Shown piece by piece: positions 29,279-44,852 of a stretch of 64,000 nucleotides of DNA (the stretch's first letter is position 1; every line of letters begins with the position of its first letter). The notes under the pieces were generated by a model, which made no database searches, was not told the origin of the DNA, and was given only the letters and a program-made list of their open reading frames with translations. The stretch is from Eledone cirrhosa (Eukaryota). The stretch spans positions 40,796,001 to 40,860,000 of the forward strand of contig OZ024751.1 of assembly GCA_964016885.1 (NCBI GenBank). Reading direction: 5' to 3'. The position numbers and the translations under genes are program-made.

Positions 29279-29855
29279 ATTGTATCAGCAACGGAAAGAC
29301 CAACGGAAGCATTCTTTCCTCGGTCTGATTTTAAGAGTTGTGACCGGCAGATATTATCAGCAATGGAAAGTTTCCTTGCTCTGCTAACCGGATCCTTTCT
29401 AACTCTTTCCTCATAAACTCTTCAATATGAAATTTTATCAAATTATACAGAACTGTCATTGTGGCAGATTTTAATTACCAATCAATATTTTTTAATCGAA
29501 TGTCAAATCTAATAATATGATGTAGATGAATGGCACAGTATATTAAAACCACATTGTAAAGAGGTCCATTGTACATAGCTTCATAATATAACAATGGATA
29601 AATGTGTAAAATGAACTTAAAATAGCAACGTAGGAAAGTAAAACTAGTAGTTTGTGTTTACTAATTAGATAAATGGAAATCATTTTTCATTGTTATGCTA
29701 AAAAAAAAGGTGAAACGATATTTATTTCTAAGGTCGATGTTTCTCTTATAACTAAATAAATGTCTGTTTGAAGCTCATTCAAATCAGTTTCTCCACAAAC
29801 AAAACGTGTGTCATGGTCGAATGGTAGAGAAAGTAACTTTTCTGTGTCATCTACA

Positions 29856-30216
29856 TATGAGAGTCGGCTGAAAATTTCATAGGCTGACTAAGATACTCTC
29901 ATGAAATGACAAAATGAGGTTGATTTTTCAACATAGTCCTTGGAAAGAAACGATGCAGTTATTAATAAGAAGAGGTTTCATAGCTCTAGCATCACTTCTT
30001 CGTTGTCTATGTAATTACGAGAGTCGGCTGAAAAGCTTATAGGCTGACCAAGATACTCTCATGAAATGACCAAATGAGGTTTATTTTCCAACATAGTCCC
30101 TCGAAAGAAACAGTGGCGTTATTAATAAGAAGAGATGAAGTTAATGCATGCAAGATTTCACAGCTCTAGTCTCACTTCTTCATAGTCAGCCTAGAAAGTT
30201 TTGAGCCTACCTCATA
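29856..30216 (+). mobile_element. Two head-to-tail mariner-type MITE copies
   Basis: Left TIRs at 29856 and 30016, right TIR ending at ~30216. Confidence 0.85.
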
Positions 30217-30319
30217 TATAAAGCATACAAAGAGACTCACAATCTGGGGTATATGTACACCGAGGGGTATACTTTGCGTTTAATTTTATCATCACATCCG
30301 TCTCTTTAAGGACGGTGGA

Positions 30320-30490
30320 TAGGCAGTGATTTGATAGAGTCGTTAGAACGTCGGATAGAATACTTTGAGCTATTCGTTCCGGCTCCCTACACTTTCTGAG
30401 TTCAAATACCGCCGAGGTCAACTTTGCCTTTCATCATTTAGATATCGATGAAAAAGTACCAGTCCAGTACTGGGGTCGATTCTTCCTCAA
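30320..30490 (+). mobile_element. Older SINE A subfamily copy
   Basis: GAGTTCAAATACCGCCGAGGTCAACTTTGCCTTTCATC. Confidence 0.8.
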
Positions 30491-31176
30491 TATCTGTTTA
30501 TCACCTCTATCACTCACTCGACTGTGTTCAGACCTGGAATGGGGATGGGCTTCGCCAGGTTTAAACTGTCAAGGAGGTGCTGTATGTTACTAAAGCCCCA
30601 CTATGACTCCAATAGGGGTTACGATCCATATACATATTTCCTACTAGTAGTATTGTTTATACCCGCAACAAAATAAAACGTCTCTTTGCTCCACAGGGTT
30701 TCTGGAGATAGAGCAAATGTCCAACAACAAACGAATGGAACACCCACCTGGTCTGGTCAGACAATATAAGTCAGGACAATGTGCCATGATAAAAACACTT
30801 TGAACCCATTTGTCGCCTGTTTTGGAGGAAGGAGGTGGTTGGTGGGTAAATCTAAAATCACCAGAGATGCCTGTTGTAAAAATTGAAATAATATTTTTGT
30901 TTTTATTTGCGCCTACATTTTCCCAGAAGACATCAGTTATATAAATCTTAAAGCTGAGAGACCATCAGTTATATAAATCTCTCCAGTGAAGGGTCATTGA
31001 CACTGTGTTCCCCTCCCTTCCAAAATGTATCAACTATTCGACTACTTATTCGGAAATCTATTTTGATATTCCTGAATATAAGATTAGCCCAAGTAATTTG
31101 ATAATTTTCCCCATGGACTGACATATATTTACATTCATTACTTTCTCTCTAGTTCCTTTAACCATCCCCATCCTCC

Positions 31177-31238
<62 letters not shown>

Positions 31239-31239
31239 T

Positions 31240-31273
<34 letters not shown>

Positions 31274-31345
31274 TAAATTTGAAGCGATTCTTTGCTTAAA
31301 CTTTAATCTGTTATTTTAATAAATTAATATATTTATATATATATG

Positions 31346-31503
<158 letters not shown>

Positions 31504-32158
31504 GGAACTTTCTCTATTTAACACATATCGATTATGTAATAGCTCTATAAACAATTTTCCTTTATTTATTCATAATTTTTTTCGGTTCAGTGCTGACCCC
31601 TTTATTCTTGAGCTTCCTAAATTTCCATTGGTAAGCTAGAAAGCCTGTGGTTATATATACTCAAATTCTCTATACAACCCAAGAATACGTTGCAAGTTTT
31701 TTTTTAAAGAATTATTTTAGTCTTTAACAGATTAAAAAAAAGAGAGTTTTTTGCCGTTTAAGAGATTCGAGAATTGCAGAGAGGAGGGAGAACGTCTTTG
31801 AGTCTTTAACAACAAATTGTACTCGGTAAAGGCAGGTGAAGGCCAGGTGCAGATATTAAACTGTGTAACGGATTAAATCTACCACCCAACATGTTTGATG
31901 GTGCAACATTTTTGCCGACACACTCCCACACACTCCCACACACAGACACACACTCCCACACACAGACACAGACACACAAACACAAGCACTCGCACTCACA
32001 CAAACACACACAAATATACACAAACACAGGCACTCACACGTGAAGACACTCACTCACGCACACACAAAGATACAGACGCAGACACTGATATACATACACT
32101 GACACTCGCACACACAACCACTTACACATATACCCACAGAGAGACACACTCAAATACA

Positions 32159-32217
<59 letters not shown>

Positions 32218-32661
32218 CATGGTATTAAGGTATTAAAATGAAGTATTGAATACATAACACCGAGTGTATGTAACTTGATATGATACAAATCTCTACGAAT
32301 GCTAAGTTTTTAAATATGTTTGGGTTAGAATTTCATCTATAACTTATATTCTGAATATTCCTGATGTTTCTAACATGGACAGAAATATCGATCTTTTTTC
32401 TCTCGATATAGGCAGACTTTTATATAAATGGAATTCTATCAATTACAAATTAAGGGGTTTTTGGCGTTCAGAAAGATAAATAAACGAAATATCTATAATT
32501 CGATATCGAAATCGATTTGTGAAGTAACCTAACTGATTGAGTTCTGTTGACGAGTGATTGTATCTCCCATTCAAATAGGAAAACGACGGAGTTGGATAGA
32601 AAATTTATTCTAACTCTCCGGCTCTCATTTACGTCAAATCATTATAGGTCATACTGGCTTT

Positions 32662-32731
<70 letters not shown>

Positions 32732-32807
32732 AAGAAAGAGAAAGAGAGAGAAAGAGAGAGAGAGATGGAGAGATAGATACATATTTATTTATTTATTTCA
32801 TGTGTAC

Positions 32808-33155
32808 GCAGCATGTTCGAATGGTTAAGAAGTTCGCTATGTAATAATTAGGTTCCCCGGTTCGATCTCACTGCGCGGCATCTGAGGAAAGTGTCATTTA
32901 CTTTGTCCTCAAGTCGACCCATACATTGTCAGTGAAATTGGGTAGACGAAAACTGTTTGGAAGCTCGGACTGTACCAATAATTCAAAGGGACAGCCATGT
33001 CACACTCTCCATTTTACACTGAATCTCTTTAAGAATTACGTCATATGTACACGTGTCTGTTGAATGTTCAACCACTTACACGTTAATTTCTCAAGTAAGC
33101 CGTTCCTTTGATCGAATATCTGGAACACTCATCGTCGAAACGGATGGATGTCCGT
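32808..33155 (+). mobile_element. tRNA-derived SINE family C
   Basis: TGGTTAAGAAGTTCGC...GGTTCGATCTC head. Related copies at 40333-40463 and 54662-54820. Confidence 0.65.
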
Positions 33156-33761
33156 TGTCTATTTTCATATATTTTATCTTTATCTCTTCCCAAGTTTTCT
33201 TTAACTCGCAGACATTAACTGGTTTATTTTTACTTATTTTTTTTTAAGTCATATTTAGAGTTTGTTGTTTTATCAAAAGAGAAGTTTTTCAATTTTTATT
33301 TTTATCATAAATATTTCTTTAAGACGTCGTTTGGCTTCCAGAATCCGGCACGGTATTACTTCAAGTTCTGTAATCTTTCGGAAAATAATCATGAGGTTAA
33401 AAATATATTTATAGAACTAGTTGTAGCAATGTATTTCTAGATAATCTCTTGTCCTTGCTAATGAGGCTACAATATCTTCGTTTTGATCATAGAAAAAATA
33501 TTTAAGAATATAAAGTAGTATGTTATTCGAAGACTACGGCAAGACAGAATGGACGGTAGATTCTGGAATGAATTGAAGTTAACGAAGATGTTGTGTTACC
33601 TGTTACTTTATTTACATGCCCTAATATTTCGGGTCTAAAAACCCTTCGCCAGAAGACTATAATGAGGAACTGGCTGGAAATTCATGCTTTTGTTATTAGA
33701 GGCTTGCTTGCTAATATTTTTTTTACAATTTATATCATTTTTCTTGAATTGTGAAAGTGAT

Positions 33762-34050
33762 TGGCTCAGTAGTTAGTTTGTTGGGCTGATAATTGTGAGG
33801 TCATGAGTTCGATTTCTTGACAGGCGATGCGTTACGTCCCCGAGCAAAACACTTTACTTCACGTTGTTACAGTTGACTCTGTGACAACATTATTGTTACC
33901 CATTTGATTCGGCTTTTATCTTTTCTTTTGAACATACCGACAGCATGGAAAGGAGAGACTTGTCTGCATGGGTGACTACTAGTCTTCCACCAAAACACCT
34001 TGCCCAGGCTTGTGCTTTGAAAAGGAACTTTCAAGGTTCAAATCCATAGT
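33762..34050 (+). mobile_element. SINE family B-like copy
   Basis: TGGCTCAGTAGTTAG A box, GAGTTCGATT B box and GTCCCCGAGCAAAACACTTTA core. Confidence 0.65.
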
Positions 34051-34306
34051 TAGACACAATCAAGGAGGTTTTTATTTATTTCATAGTCTTAAATTATTTC
34101 AGTTCCTTTTTCTTCCAAAATTCTGTTTTGTAATTCCTTTTAGCAATTATTTCTCTTTCGTTAATTCCCAATCTTCTGAGTAGCTCCAACATTAACTGTC
34201 AATAAATGTATTCTTATTGGATTTAATCGTTATATATTATCTTTAATTGTGTGTGTGTTTGTGTGCCTTAATTGTTAATGTGTGTCATTAATTGTATATG
34301 TAGTGT

Positions 34307-34484
34307 GGATTGGCAGTATTGGTAGAGGGTCGGACGCCATGCTTTCCAGCATAGTTACGTCCCTTTACGATCTGAGTTCAAATCCCGCCGAGGTTGATTT
34401 TGCCTTTCATCCTTACGGGGTCGATAAAATAAAGTACCAGTAATGCACTGGGTAATTGCTGGCCTTGTGCCTAAAGTAGAAACA
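34307..34484 (+). mobile_element. SINE A, 20-bp TSD
   Basis: TSD ATTAATTGTATATGTAGTGT at 34287 and 34485. Confidence 0.95.
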
Positions 34485-34819
34485 ATTAATTGTATATGTA
34501 GTGTCTTAATTGTGTGAGTGTGTGCCTATTTGTATGTGTGTGTGCCTTAATTGTGTACGTGTGTCATTAATTGTTAATATGTGCCATTAATTGTACATGA
34601 GGTGTTTTAATTGTGTGAGTGTGTGTGTGTGTGAGTGTCTTAATTGTGTGTGTGTGTGACATTCGTTTGTGTGAATGCTATTGTGTTTTTGTGTACATGC
34701 CTGTCCTTATTTGTGTATGTGTATCTTTATTTGTGTGTGCATTTTTGTGTGTATATGTGTATGTGTTCATTTCTCTCTCTCTCTCTCTCTTACTGTCTGT
34801 CTGAGTGTGTATGTGTTAG

Positions 34820-34858
<39 letters not shown>

Positions 34859-35193
34859 ATTTATCTGCTGAGTCGTGTGCGTGTTCGCTCACGCGTGTGT
34901 GCCTCTATTTTTATTTCCATGATTCAAGAAAGCAGTTATTATTTGTAATTTTAAAGTGGAAAATAATTCACTGTTCTGTAGGCTGAAGCAATGTCGGACG
35001 ACGGTGAGTTATTTGTGATACAATGATAAATACAGTTTAAAATATAAATAATTGACTCTCACAATTATATCTGCTATTAATAGGATTCTGGAAGATGTTA
35101 TATTATTCTGCTGAATGGTATGAATAATAAGAAATAATTTGAAATGAATATATGTATTCATTTATACACACATTTATATATATACATATCTAT

Positions 35194-35304
<111 letters not shown>

Positions 35305-35839
35305 CACATACTCAATAAACGATAAAGTAAAATAAAATCTTGATAAACAAATATTACTGTTTAAATCTAAGTCTGAGCAAATTATCTATTATCATTACTA
35401 TTCGAAAAACGACCTAAAAATAAATAATATATGAGAATGATAAAAGTTAGCTGAATAACGATATAAATGGCGATATGTTATATGTTAAAAATGGACATCT
35501 ACAACATTAACGCTGTTAGCTATAACTTCGTTGAGAAATCGTTGTTTGTCGAAGACTTGGGTAATTGCCTTCATGACAGGCATTTATTCTATGATAAACA
35601 TAATCAATAACAAAATTGATTGTAGCGTATAAAACAACATATAAAAGAAATAATAAATATATATATATAAATATTGCAGACAAACGATCGGCACCAGAAG
35701 AATTATCGGGATTAATTAATGATATTCTAGTAATTTCTATAGCAACGTTCTTTTCTATCTGCCCGAACCATGTTACTTTTGAAACTGTATTTATTCGTTT
35801 CTGTAGTTATAGGTTTTTTTTTTGTCCTTTCTTGTCCAG

Positions 35840-35920
<81 letters not shown>

Positions 35921-36169
35921 CTCTCTCTCTCACATTCCCTTTCTTTCTCCATCACACGCTCTCTCTCTCTACCTTCTCTTTCTCCTTCTCTCTTTCCCTC
36001 GTTCTCTTTCTCTCTTTCTCACTTTCTCTCTTTCTCTCTTTCTCCTTCCCCTCTATCTCTCTTTCCCTTTCTTTCTCAATCACACGCTCTCTCTACTCCT
36101 GTCTCAATCCCCCGTCTCTCTCTTTACCTTCTCTCTTCCCCTTTCTCTCTTTCCTTCGCTTTCTAGCCC

Positions 36170-36206
<37 letters not shown>

Positions 36207-36330
36207 TCTCCTTCCCTTTCTTTTTCCATCACACGTTCTCTCTACTCCTCTCGCACCCCCTCTCTCTCTACCTTCTCTATTCCCCTCTCTCTTTCCCTTG
36301 CTCTCTAACATCTCCCCCCGCCCTCTCTGG
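35840..36330. repeat. (CT)n / polypyrimidine tract
   Basis: Direct reading. Confidence 0.95.
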
Positions 36331-36570
36331 TTTTGTGTTGGTCGTGTTACACTCAAAGATATTTCCCCTGAAAAAATGCCTTCGGCTCGGACAGACCATT
36401 GGTGCCAATAAACCCCAGCATTTAATTAATTATTGAGCAGATTCGTTGATTAGATATTTGGAATGTTTGAATTCAATCACAGAAATCGCTATAAGTAATA
36501 AAAGCTTTAGAAAATCGGGTGAAATACTGCTAGACTCTTTTTTCTGCCCTAAGTGTATTTTACTAGATTT

Positions 36571-36726
36571 TCTAGAGCTGTGAAATCTTGCAAGCATTAA
36601 TTTCAATTTTTCTTATTAAAAACTGCATTGTTTCTTTCCAGTTGACTATGTTGAAAAATATACCTCATTTGGTCATTCCATAAGAGTATCTTAGCCAACT
36701 TCTGATTTTTTCAGCAGACCCTTGTA
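36571..36726 (-). mobile_element. Mariner-type MITE, partial
   Basis: CTAGAGCTGTGAAATCTTGC...TTTTCAGCAGACCCTTGTA. Confidence 0.8.
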
Positions 36727-37459
36727 TGTTGTTTCAATAGGAACGCTCATCCTCGAAACAGACGAAGATCCGTTCCATTGTAGGAAGATCTATTCTGATA
36801 GTCAAGCTATAGCTAAGTCTTCCTTCTCATTAACAGTTGTTATCTTTTACTATTCAATATATTACGGAAATAGAAATGTATCTCTTTATCTCAAGTTTAC
36901 GATTTTAGTTCAAAGGATGCGTTTAATGGAACAACGCTAATATCAAGAATACTTTGATCCTTTCAGAGCTGACATTGTATTTAAAGATATTAACCTTATC
37001 TTCTCCATTGGTCTATAAATACGTTGCCTGATCAATCTAATTTTGATGTATATTAATTACTGTTCGGTGTTCCTCGTCGTAACTTTCAATTCAAATCGAT
37101 AAAGAAGAATGTCTTGAGAATAACTCTCTTTATTTCCCCACTAACCATCTGGTAGCAATTGCACCGTACTTTCGTCAATCATGAATTATGCTCTAATAAT
37201 ATTCCCACAGAGTTTTGAAATGAATTCTTAGTAAAATTTAATGTCTCTCTCTCTTTATAGACCTACGTATTTGACCTTAAGGAATGAATTATATCACACA
37301 TTATTTCTATTCGCTGACTTATTAAATAATGATGTAGAGGGACTTTTATTGATAATGAACAGAAAGTAAGATGTCTCCATCTATATGGATATCCAGGGAG
37401 AGTTAGCTGTATAAATGAAATAACTTCCAGTGGAAATCAATTATTATATTAATGAGGCT

Positions 37460-37752
37460 ATCTTTACGAAAGTGGCAACTTGGTGCAGTCTACGACTATC
37501 CCAGGCTCTGTTGCACTTCAGGACGAGGAGGCTAAACTCTTCAAATATCGGTCGTTCATCAACAGGTTTGCGGTCGAGCCCGTAGCAGTGGAGACTTTTG
37601 ATGTCCTTGACCTTAGGACCATCCCCCTACTCACCACCATCGGCACGGAGTTGGTTACCCGCTGGTGTGAGCCACACGAGCTGGAATGGCTCTTCCAACT
37701 CATCTCCCTCTCCACCCTCCGGTGAAACGCCTTCTCTATTCTGCTCACCTGA
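37460..37752 (+). pseudogene. C-terminal fragment of a CRE-clade non-LTR retrotransposon ORF (restriction-like endonuclease region)
   Basis: Translation EEAKLFKY...FAVEPVAVETFD...IG..L....EPHELEWLFQLISLSTLR*NAFSILLT* matches the CRE pattern E..K..KY...F.P.A.ET.G...IG..L...FL.QR.S.A.QRGNA.SIL.T. It has one in-frame stop and is followed by (GA)n. Confidence 0.8.
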
Positions 37753-37784
37753 GAGAGAGAGAGTGGGCTCCCATTTGCACATAT

Positions 37785-37978
37785 AATTGTTTCTACTTTT
37801 GGCACAAATGCCAGCAATTACCCCAGTGCATTACTGGTACTTTATTTTATCGACCCCGTAAGGATGAAAGGCAAAGTTAACCTCGGCGGAATTTGAACTC
37901 AGAATGGCAAGGGCCGTAACTCTATGTGTCAAAGCATGGCGTCCGACCCTCTACCGATGCTGCCAATTCACCACCCCT
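37785..37978 (-). mobile_element. SINE A, full length
   Basis: Complete reverse-complement consensus with an imperfect TSD CATTTGCAcATAtA / CATTTGCAaATAcA. Confidence 0.93.
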
Positions 37979-39449
37979 ACATTTGCAAATACAATAGTGA
38001 GAGATGGGGAGAGCGAGAGAGAGGGAGTCAGTGAGTGAAAGAGAGAGAACATCTACGCACTTAATAAGACAAAGAAAGTTGAGAAAAGTGAAAATTCTCT
38101 CCATTATTGTCATTAATTTACTTAATCACTTTATCTCTATTATCTACACACTTTACAGCAACCATATTCCCAATACTAATTTTATTGGTCTACTGTAACC
38201 CTCATAATTATTTACTCTTCCCCATCGACAACCACTTTTCCTTACTACTTCCTGCTACTTATTAAATTGACCTTCCCCCTACAAACACCACAACCATTCC
38301 CACTTTTCCTCCCACCACCGTACTATTATCGAGAGAAACAGAGAAGCAAGCGATTGGTACATAAAAACGAGGGTGCGGATAAGTACGAGGAGGAGTAGGA
38401 TGAGATGTTTAAAGCATTACTGGAGTAGATGTTACACACACCTAAACACACACAGGTTGGTAAATGGGCTTATGTATTTGTGTGTTTATATACATTCTCT
38501 AGTGTATACACACAAGAAGCATGTGAGACGTGAATCTGGGAATAGTTTATAATTCAACAAACACGCGCACACATCCAAGTACAGACACAATGTCATTGGA
38601 AGTGGATATATTTACGAGAATTTGGAATGTAACGAAAATTTCATTCTCTAAACTCTGTACACTCCTGCTTCATATTTCCAGGCCAACAATATTGGGAAAT
38701 AAACATTTCCCAAATGATATACAGAAGAAATATGAACAGTAGAATACAAAATGTCTGACAGGATCTCAGAACAATATTATATTCTGGTATTGGTAATTAT
38801 AATTTATTATAACGACGTGGTGTGGCTGGAACTAAAAAGAACTCATCTAAATAACTAAAGAGAAATATATGAATTTTCATCATTGACTTCATGTCGAATT
38901 TCATATTAGTGACAATGTTTTATAGTTCCACAACACATAAGACTACTTAATCGAGAATGTCTGTCGAAGACATTCATGTCTATTTTGTTGATGCCTATCA
39001 TTATGAAGATTAGATAAAAACTAATTTTAAATATATAATAGATGTAGATGGACAATGTAGAATTAAATTGTCATGTTAGTCGTATTACTATACACTATGT
39101 AATCTATATAATGTTTGTATTTCATATAATAGTATTGCAAACAAGATCTGTTGACTTAGTCTGTTTTGAGACGGTGTGATGGTAGAGGTGTTAGCGGTGT
39201 CAGATAAAATGTATTGGTGTTTGTTCCGGCCAAATGTGTTCTAATTTCTAATTTCACCGAGGATAATTTTGCTTTTTATCCTTTTGAAGTCCGATGAATA
39301 AGGTTCGAATCCATGGGCGCTGGATCTGGCGGGATGCCTTTCGGTATCTGATCCGGCTCTGTGTGTTCTGAGTTCAAATCCCATCCCATTCTGCCAGCAG
39401 TTGTGACCCAGGCTACATTGAATCTTCAAATCAGCCAATGATATATACA

Positions 39450-39655
39450 CAGCTGCCAAGATAACCTGAACCTGGCTGTAAAACAGTTCGATATATGGAG
39501 TTGCCAAGATAACCTGAACCTGGCTGTAAAACAGTTCGATATATAGAATTGTCATGATTGCCTGAAGCTGTAAAACAGTTCGATACATGGAGTTGTCATG
39601 ATTGCCTGAAACAGTTCGCTATATATAATCGTCAAGTTAGCCTGAAGCTGCAAGA
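39450..39655. repeat. ~46-bp short tandem array
   Basis: GCTGTAAAACAGTTCGATAT repeated about four times. Confidence 0.8.
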
Positions 39656-39657
39656 TA

Positions 39658-40008
39658 TACGAGGGTCGGTTGAAATAGTTCATAGACTGACCAAGATACT
39701 CTCATGGAATGACCAAATGAGGTTTATTTTTCAACATAGTCTCTGGAAAGAAATAATGCAGTTATTGATAAGAAGACTTGAAATTAATTGTTTCTACTTT
39801 TGGCACAAGGCCAACAATTATCTCAGTACATTACTGGTACTTTATTTTATCTACCCCGTAAGGATGAAAGGCAAAAAAGCATCACTCTTTCATAGTCAGC
39901 CTATGAACCTTTCAGCCCACTTTCTTATAATCAAATGCATACAAGGTTTCACAGCTCTATCAACACTCCTCCATAGTAATCCTATGAACTCTTCAGCCGA
40001 CCCTCGTA
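39658..40008 (+). mobile_element. Mariner-type MITE with nested truncated SINE A (-, ~39786-39875) and duplicated 3' end
   Basis: TACGAGGGTCGGTTGAAATAGTTC ... CAGCCGACCCTCGTA. Confidence 0.85.
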
Positions 40009-40462
40009 CGTAGCTGCCGTATTAACTAGAGCCGCAAAGCAACCAGTTTGATATAGGTAGCTGGTGAGTTACACTGGAGCTGCAAAGCAATGCGTGGCAG
40101 ACGATACGAGGCTTAGCAGGAGTTTTGTTGAGGAAGAAGTTGAGTGCTGACTCACACATTATCCAGCTTCTAGCTTCACCACATCGGCTTAGTCAGCGGT
40201 AGCAGCAGATACTTCAACACAAACTATACCGCTCACACGCACGCACACACACACACACACACACACAGATACGTATACATACGCGCATATGCACAAGCAC
40301 ACACACGCGCCTATACACAGAAATTATATGGTATGGCCGTGTGGTTAAGGAGTTCGCTCCGCAATCATAGGATCCCTAGTTCAGTCGTGATCGCGGTATC
40401 TAGGCCTGTGTTGACCAATCCCTTTTGAGTGGAATTGTATAGACGGAAATTGCAGAATATCG

Positions 40463-40584
<122 letters not shown>

Positions 40585-41309
40585 TTAGATATATTACTCT
40601 ATTACTCTATAACGTGTTCCAGCAGACAGGCTGAGGCCATGCTGGGACACCACCATTGTATATATATGTTTGTGTGTGTCCGTTTCTATGTTTACGTTTG
40701 AGCTTGTATCTGTGTTTATATTCCATAACTTAGCCGTTCGACAAAATAAATCGATAAAATAAGTAGCACACTTGAAAAAACAAATTAGTAGTGGGTTCGA
40801 CATGATTGACTAACTGAAGGTGGTGCTCCAGCATGACAGGTAGTCTACAGACTGAAACCAGTAAAATATGATTTATTATTCAGGAAGGAAGTTTGTACAA
40901 TGATACTAGTTAAATAGTCATACCAATTCTACTAATTACTGATGTTAAAGTCTAATTTATTATTCAAGCCAGTCTAATTAATTATTCAACTTAAACCAAT
41001 TGTCATGTTAGTTTAATTAATTAATTATGTTATTTCAATGGATTAATCGAGTTAGTTGAATTAATAAAGCATGTTAGTTTTATTAATTAGTCATTTCAAT
41101 AATTGTCTCGCTATTTGACCCGTCTTATAAAGTATTATCATAGACAAGGTCAACTTTGTCGTTCATCATCCAGGGATCGACGAAATACAGTACCAGTCAT
41201 GTACTGGGGTCAATATAATTGCCCCCCCCCCATAAGTACTGGCCTTGTGCTTGAATCAGAAATCATCATTAAGTATTGCTATAATTGTAATACAGTTTTC
41301 TATTTGATA

Positions 41310-41820
41310 ACTGTAATGTTGTTTACTATAACTGTAATAAAGATTACTATAACTGTTATACTGTTATACTATTATACGTTTTACTATAACTGTAACTGTA
41401 ATAGAGTTTACTATAACTGTAATGCTGTTTACTATAACTATAACTGTAATAAAGATTACTATAACTGTTATAGTGTTTACTATAACTATAACAGTTATAG
41501 TGTTTACTATAACAATAACTGCTATAGTTTACTATAACTATAACAGTTACAATGTTTACTATAACTATAACTGTAATATTCTTTACTATAACTGTTATAG
41601 TGTTTACTATAACTATAACTAATATTATTTACTATAACTATAACTGTTATAGTGTTTACTATAACTGTTATAGTGTTTACTATAACTATAACTGTTATAG
41701 TGTTTACTATAGCTATAACTGTAACTGCTATACTGTTTGATATAACTGTAACTGTAATAGTGTTTAGTATAACAGTAACTGTTATAGTGTCCACTAAAAC
41801 TGTAATACTGTTTACTATAG
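41310..41820. repeat. TTTACTATAACTGT-type minisatellite
   Basis: Direct reading. Confidence 0.9.
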
Positions 41821-41976
41821 TCCATCTGTTGTAGTTGAAGATTTGACGTTAGAGTGTAGCACACAATACATGGTATTACATTGATTGAATGAACAGGTAT
41901 GTATTTTATTTGATTATAGTGAGGTGGTAGCGTTCGAACTCCCAATATAGAGATACAAGAAACTAATCACTAAAAA

Positions 41977-42055
41977 TTACGGGGTTGATAAAATAAAGTA
42001 CCAGTAATGTACTGGATAAATTTGCTGGCCTTGTGCCAAAAGTAGAAACAATTAT
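41977..42055 (+). mobile_element. SINE A 3' half
   Basis: TTACGGGGTTGATAAAATAAAGTACCAG...GTAGAAACAATTAT. Confidence 0.85.
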
Positions 42056-42243
42056 TTCTTTAGCTTTCTCGTGATTCTTTTCTCTCCTTCCATTTATGGA
42101 CAAATCCCTTAAACAAATATATAAACACACACACACGCACACGCACACACACACACAGACACCCACACACAGGCACACACACACACAGACACACACACAG
42201 ACACACAGACACACAGACACAGACACACAGACACAGACAGACA

Positions 42244-42290
<47 letters not shown>

Positions 42291-42672
42291 CCCCCCACAC
42301 ACACCCTCTCTCTCTCTCTCTCTCTCTCACACAAAAACCAACAAACGAAAACATTTAAATATTCGCCATTTACTCAACTACCCGGACCATGGCTGTTTAA
42401 TGATGCTATGAAATAATATTATGTGAATCTTGAGAAAAGAAATGAAATATTTTAAAAAAATTTAACCTATTTATCTAAATCAATTTGTCACTAACATGTT
42501 ACTTTGGAAATAGAAATTACATTGAGAAAGCTATTATTTAAAAAAGCAACAACGAAAAAACCAAAAACATTCTGCTCTGAGTATCATTTTTTTTTATAAT
42601 GTCTATTTGAAAAGGAAGCAAATGATGTCGTGTACATTATGTAGTAATTGATGTGATGTATATATATATATA

Positions 42673-42763
<91 letters not shown>

Positions 42764-42862
42764 TATATATAATATATATATATATATCATATACGTATAC
42801 ATTATATACATATTTATATATACACTTATATAAATACATATGTATATATAAATATATATACA

Positions 42863-42906
<44 letters not shown>

Positions 42907-42959
42907 CACACATATATATATATATACATATATAAAAGCACACTCACACACCCATACGC

Positions 42960-43103
<144 letters not shown>

Positions 43104-43104
43104 C

Positions 43105-43386
<282 letters not shown>

Positions 43387-43902
43387 AAATCTATTAGCTG
43401 AAGCAGTATATGTGACGACTGCTGCACATAGCCAACATTAGCAAAGTTAAATGTTAAAATGTAAATGTAAATGAGAAGAAAAAGTTTACATCGATTCATT
43501 GAGTCAAGGATTTTTACATAAACTTCAGATTAAAAAAAAAAAAAAATTGAATTTGGTAAATATCAAAACATTTATTTGAATAAATTTGAGATATATACAC
43601 TCCTTGTTATTTTCAACGAGATTCTTGTTGCTGTTGACATTATTGTTGTTATTAACGATAAGCTAGTGTCAATGATTCGACCAACTCGGTTAATATTTTT
43701 TTAAATTTTATTTTATTATATGAAATTCTTAATAAATGAAATAAAAAAACAAAAAAACAACAGCATAATTTTTGAAAATAGAATTAAAAGATTTCACCGT
43801 ATATTGAGTACAGAAAATAGTCCAATATTAAGGAATATAGTCCCCCATCCCACCCAACATACCAATAAAAGTTAACACTACAATGTTAGTATTATATATT
43901 AT

Positions 43903-44020
43903 CGGTCTGAGTTCAAATCCCGCCGAGGTTAACTTTGCCTTTCATCCTTACAGGGTCGATAAAATAAAGTACTAGTAATACACTGGGATAATTGCTGGCC
44001 TTGTTCCAAAAGTAGAAACA
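43903..44020 (+). mobile_element. 5'-truncated SINE A, 12-bp TSD
   Basis: ATTATATATTAT flanks both ends. Confidence 0.9.
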
Positions 44021-44852
44021 ATTATATATTATTGATTTGGTGTAACCATTATCTTGAAATAAGAGCATTCAGCTTTTAAGTAATAATTTAGTGTTGACTC
44101 TTGTCCACGACCTGTCTTTAAAGTCATTTCAAATCATTGTCAGAGATGGGTAAGAACATCTGTCATGGTTATACCGTTGCCAATAACATCTGGCAGGAAC
44201 ATCTGGTATGTGATACCCTTGCCAAGAACATCTGCCATTGTGATGCCGTTGCCAAGAACATCTTCTGCCAAGAACATCTGGCATGGTAGTAAATAAAGAG
44301 AACTGTATTGAAAATATTCACCTTTACCACGGCCCATTTGATGCATCTGACCTTCCTTAACATATCTATTCTGTTTAAACCGCAAAAGCCATATTGAGTT
44401 TTTCACAATCTCTCTTCTCCCCCAATAATTCTTCCCCTCCACGAAGATTACCATCCTTCACAAGATGCCCCCCCCCCCCTAAGACCTTTAACATCAAGAT
44501 ATTAAGAATTATATCTAATTTTAAGCCACCAAAATAAAGAAAAATGAAAATATCTCCAAATGTTATTGAAGGAATTATTTTGCAAGTTGTTTACTTCTTG
44601 TTTGTTTTCGCTTTTTTCTGTTTTACAAAAACCAAAAAAATAATGTTAATAGCCCCGCTACACTCTACCCCACTCCTCATCGCACCACTCCACACCACTC
44701 AACTCCTACCACGCTCAACTTTCCTCCACCCTCAATTACAATGTCAACTTATCTTACAATTATAATAGTAATATAATAGTAATATTTATATTTATAAAAA
44801 ATATATATATACGTAAAAGAAATTCTAGTTGCTAGTGTCTCGTATAATATAT

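Noticed and set aside
44130-44155. Possible microexon cag|AGATGG|gtaag
   Set aside because: Weak polypyrimidine tract and no gene context.
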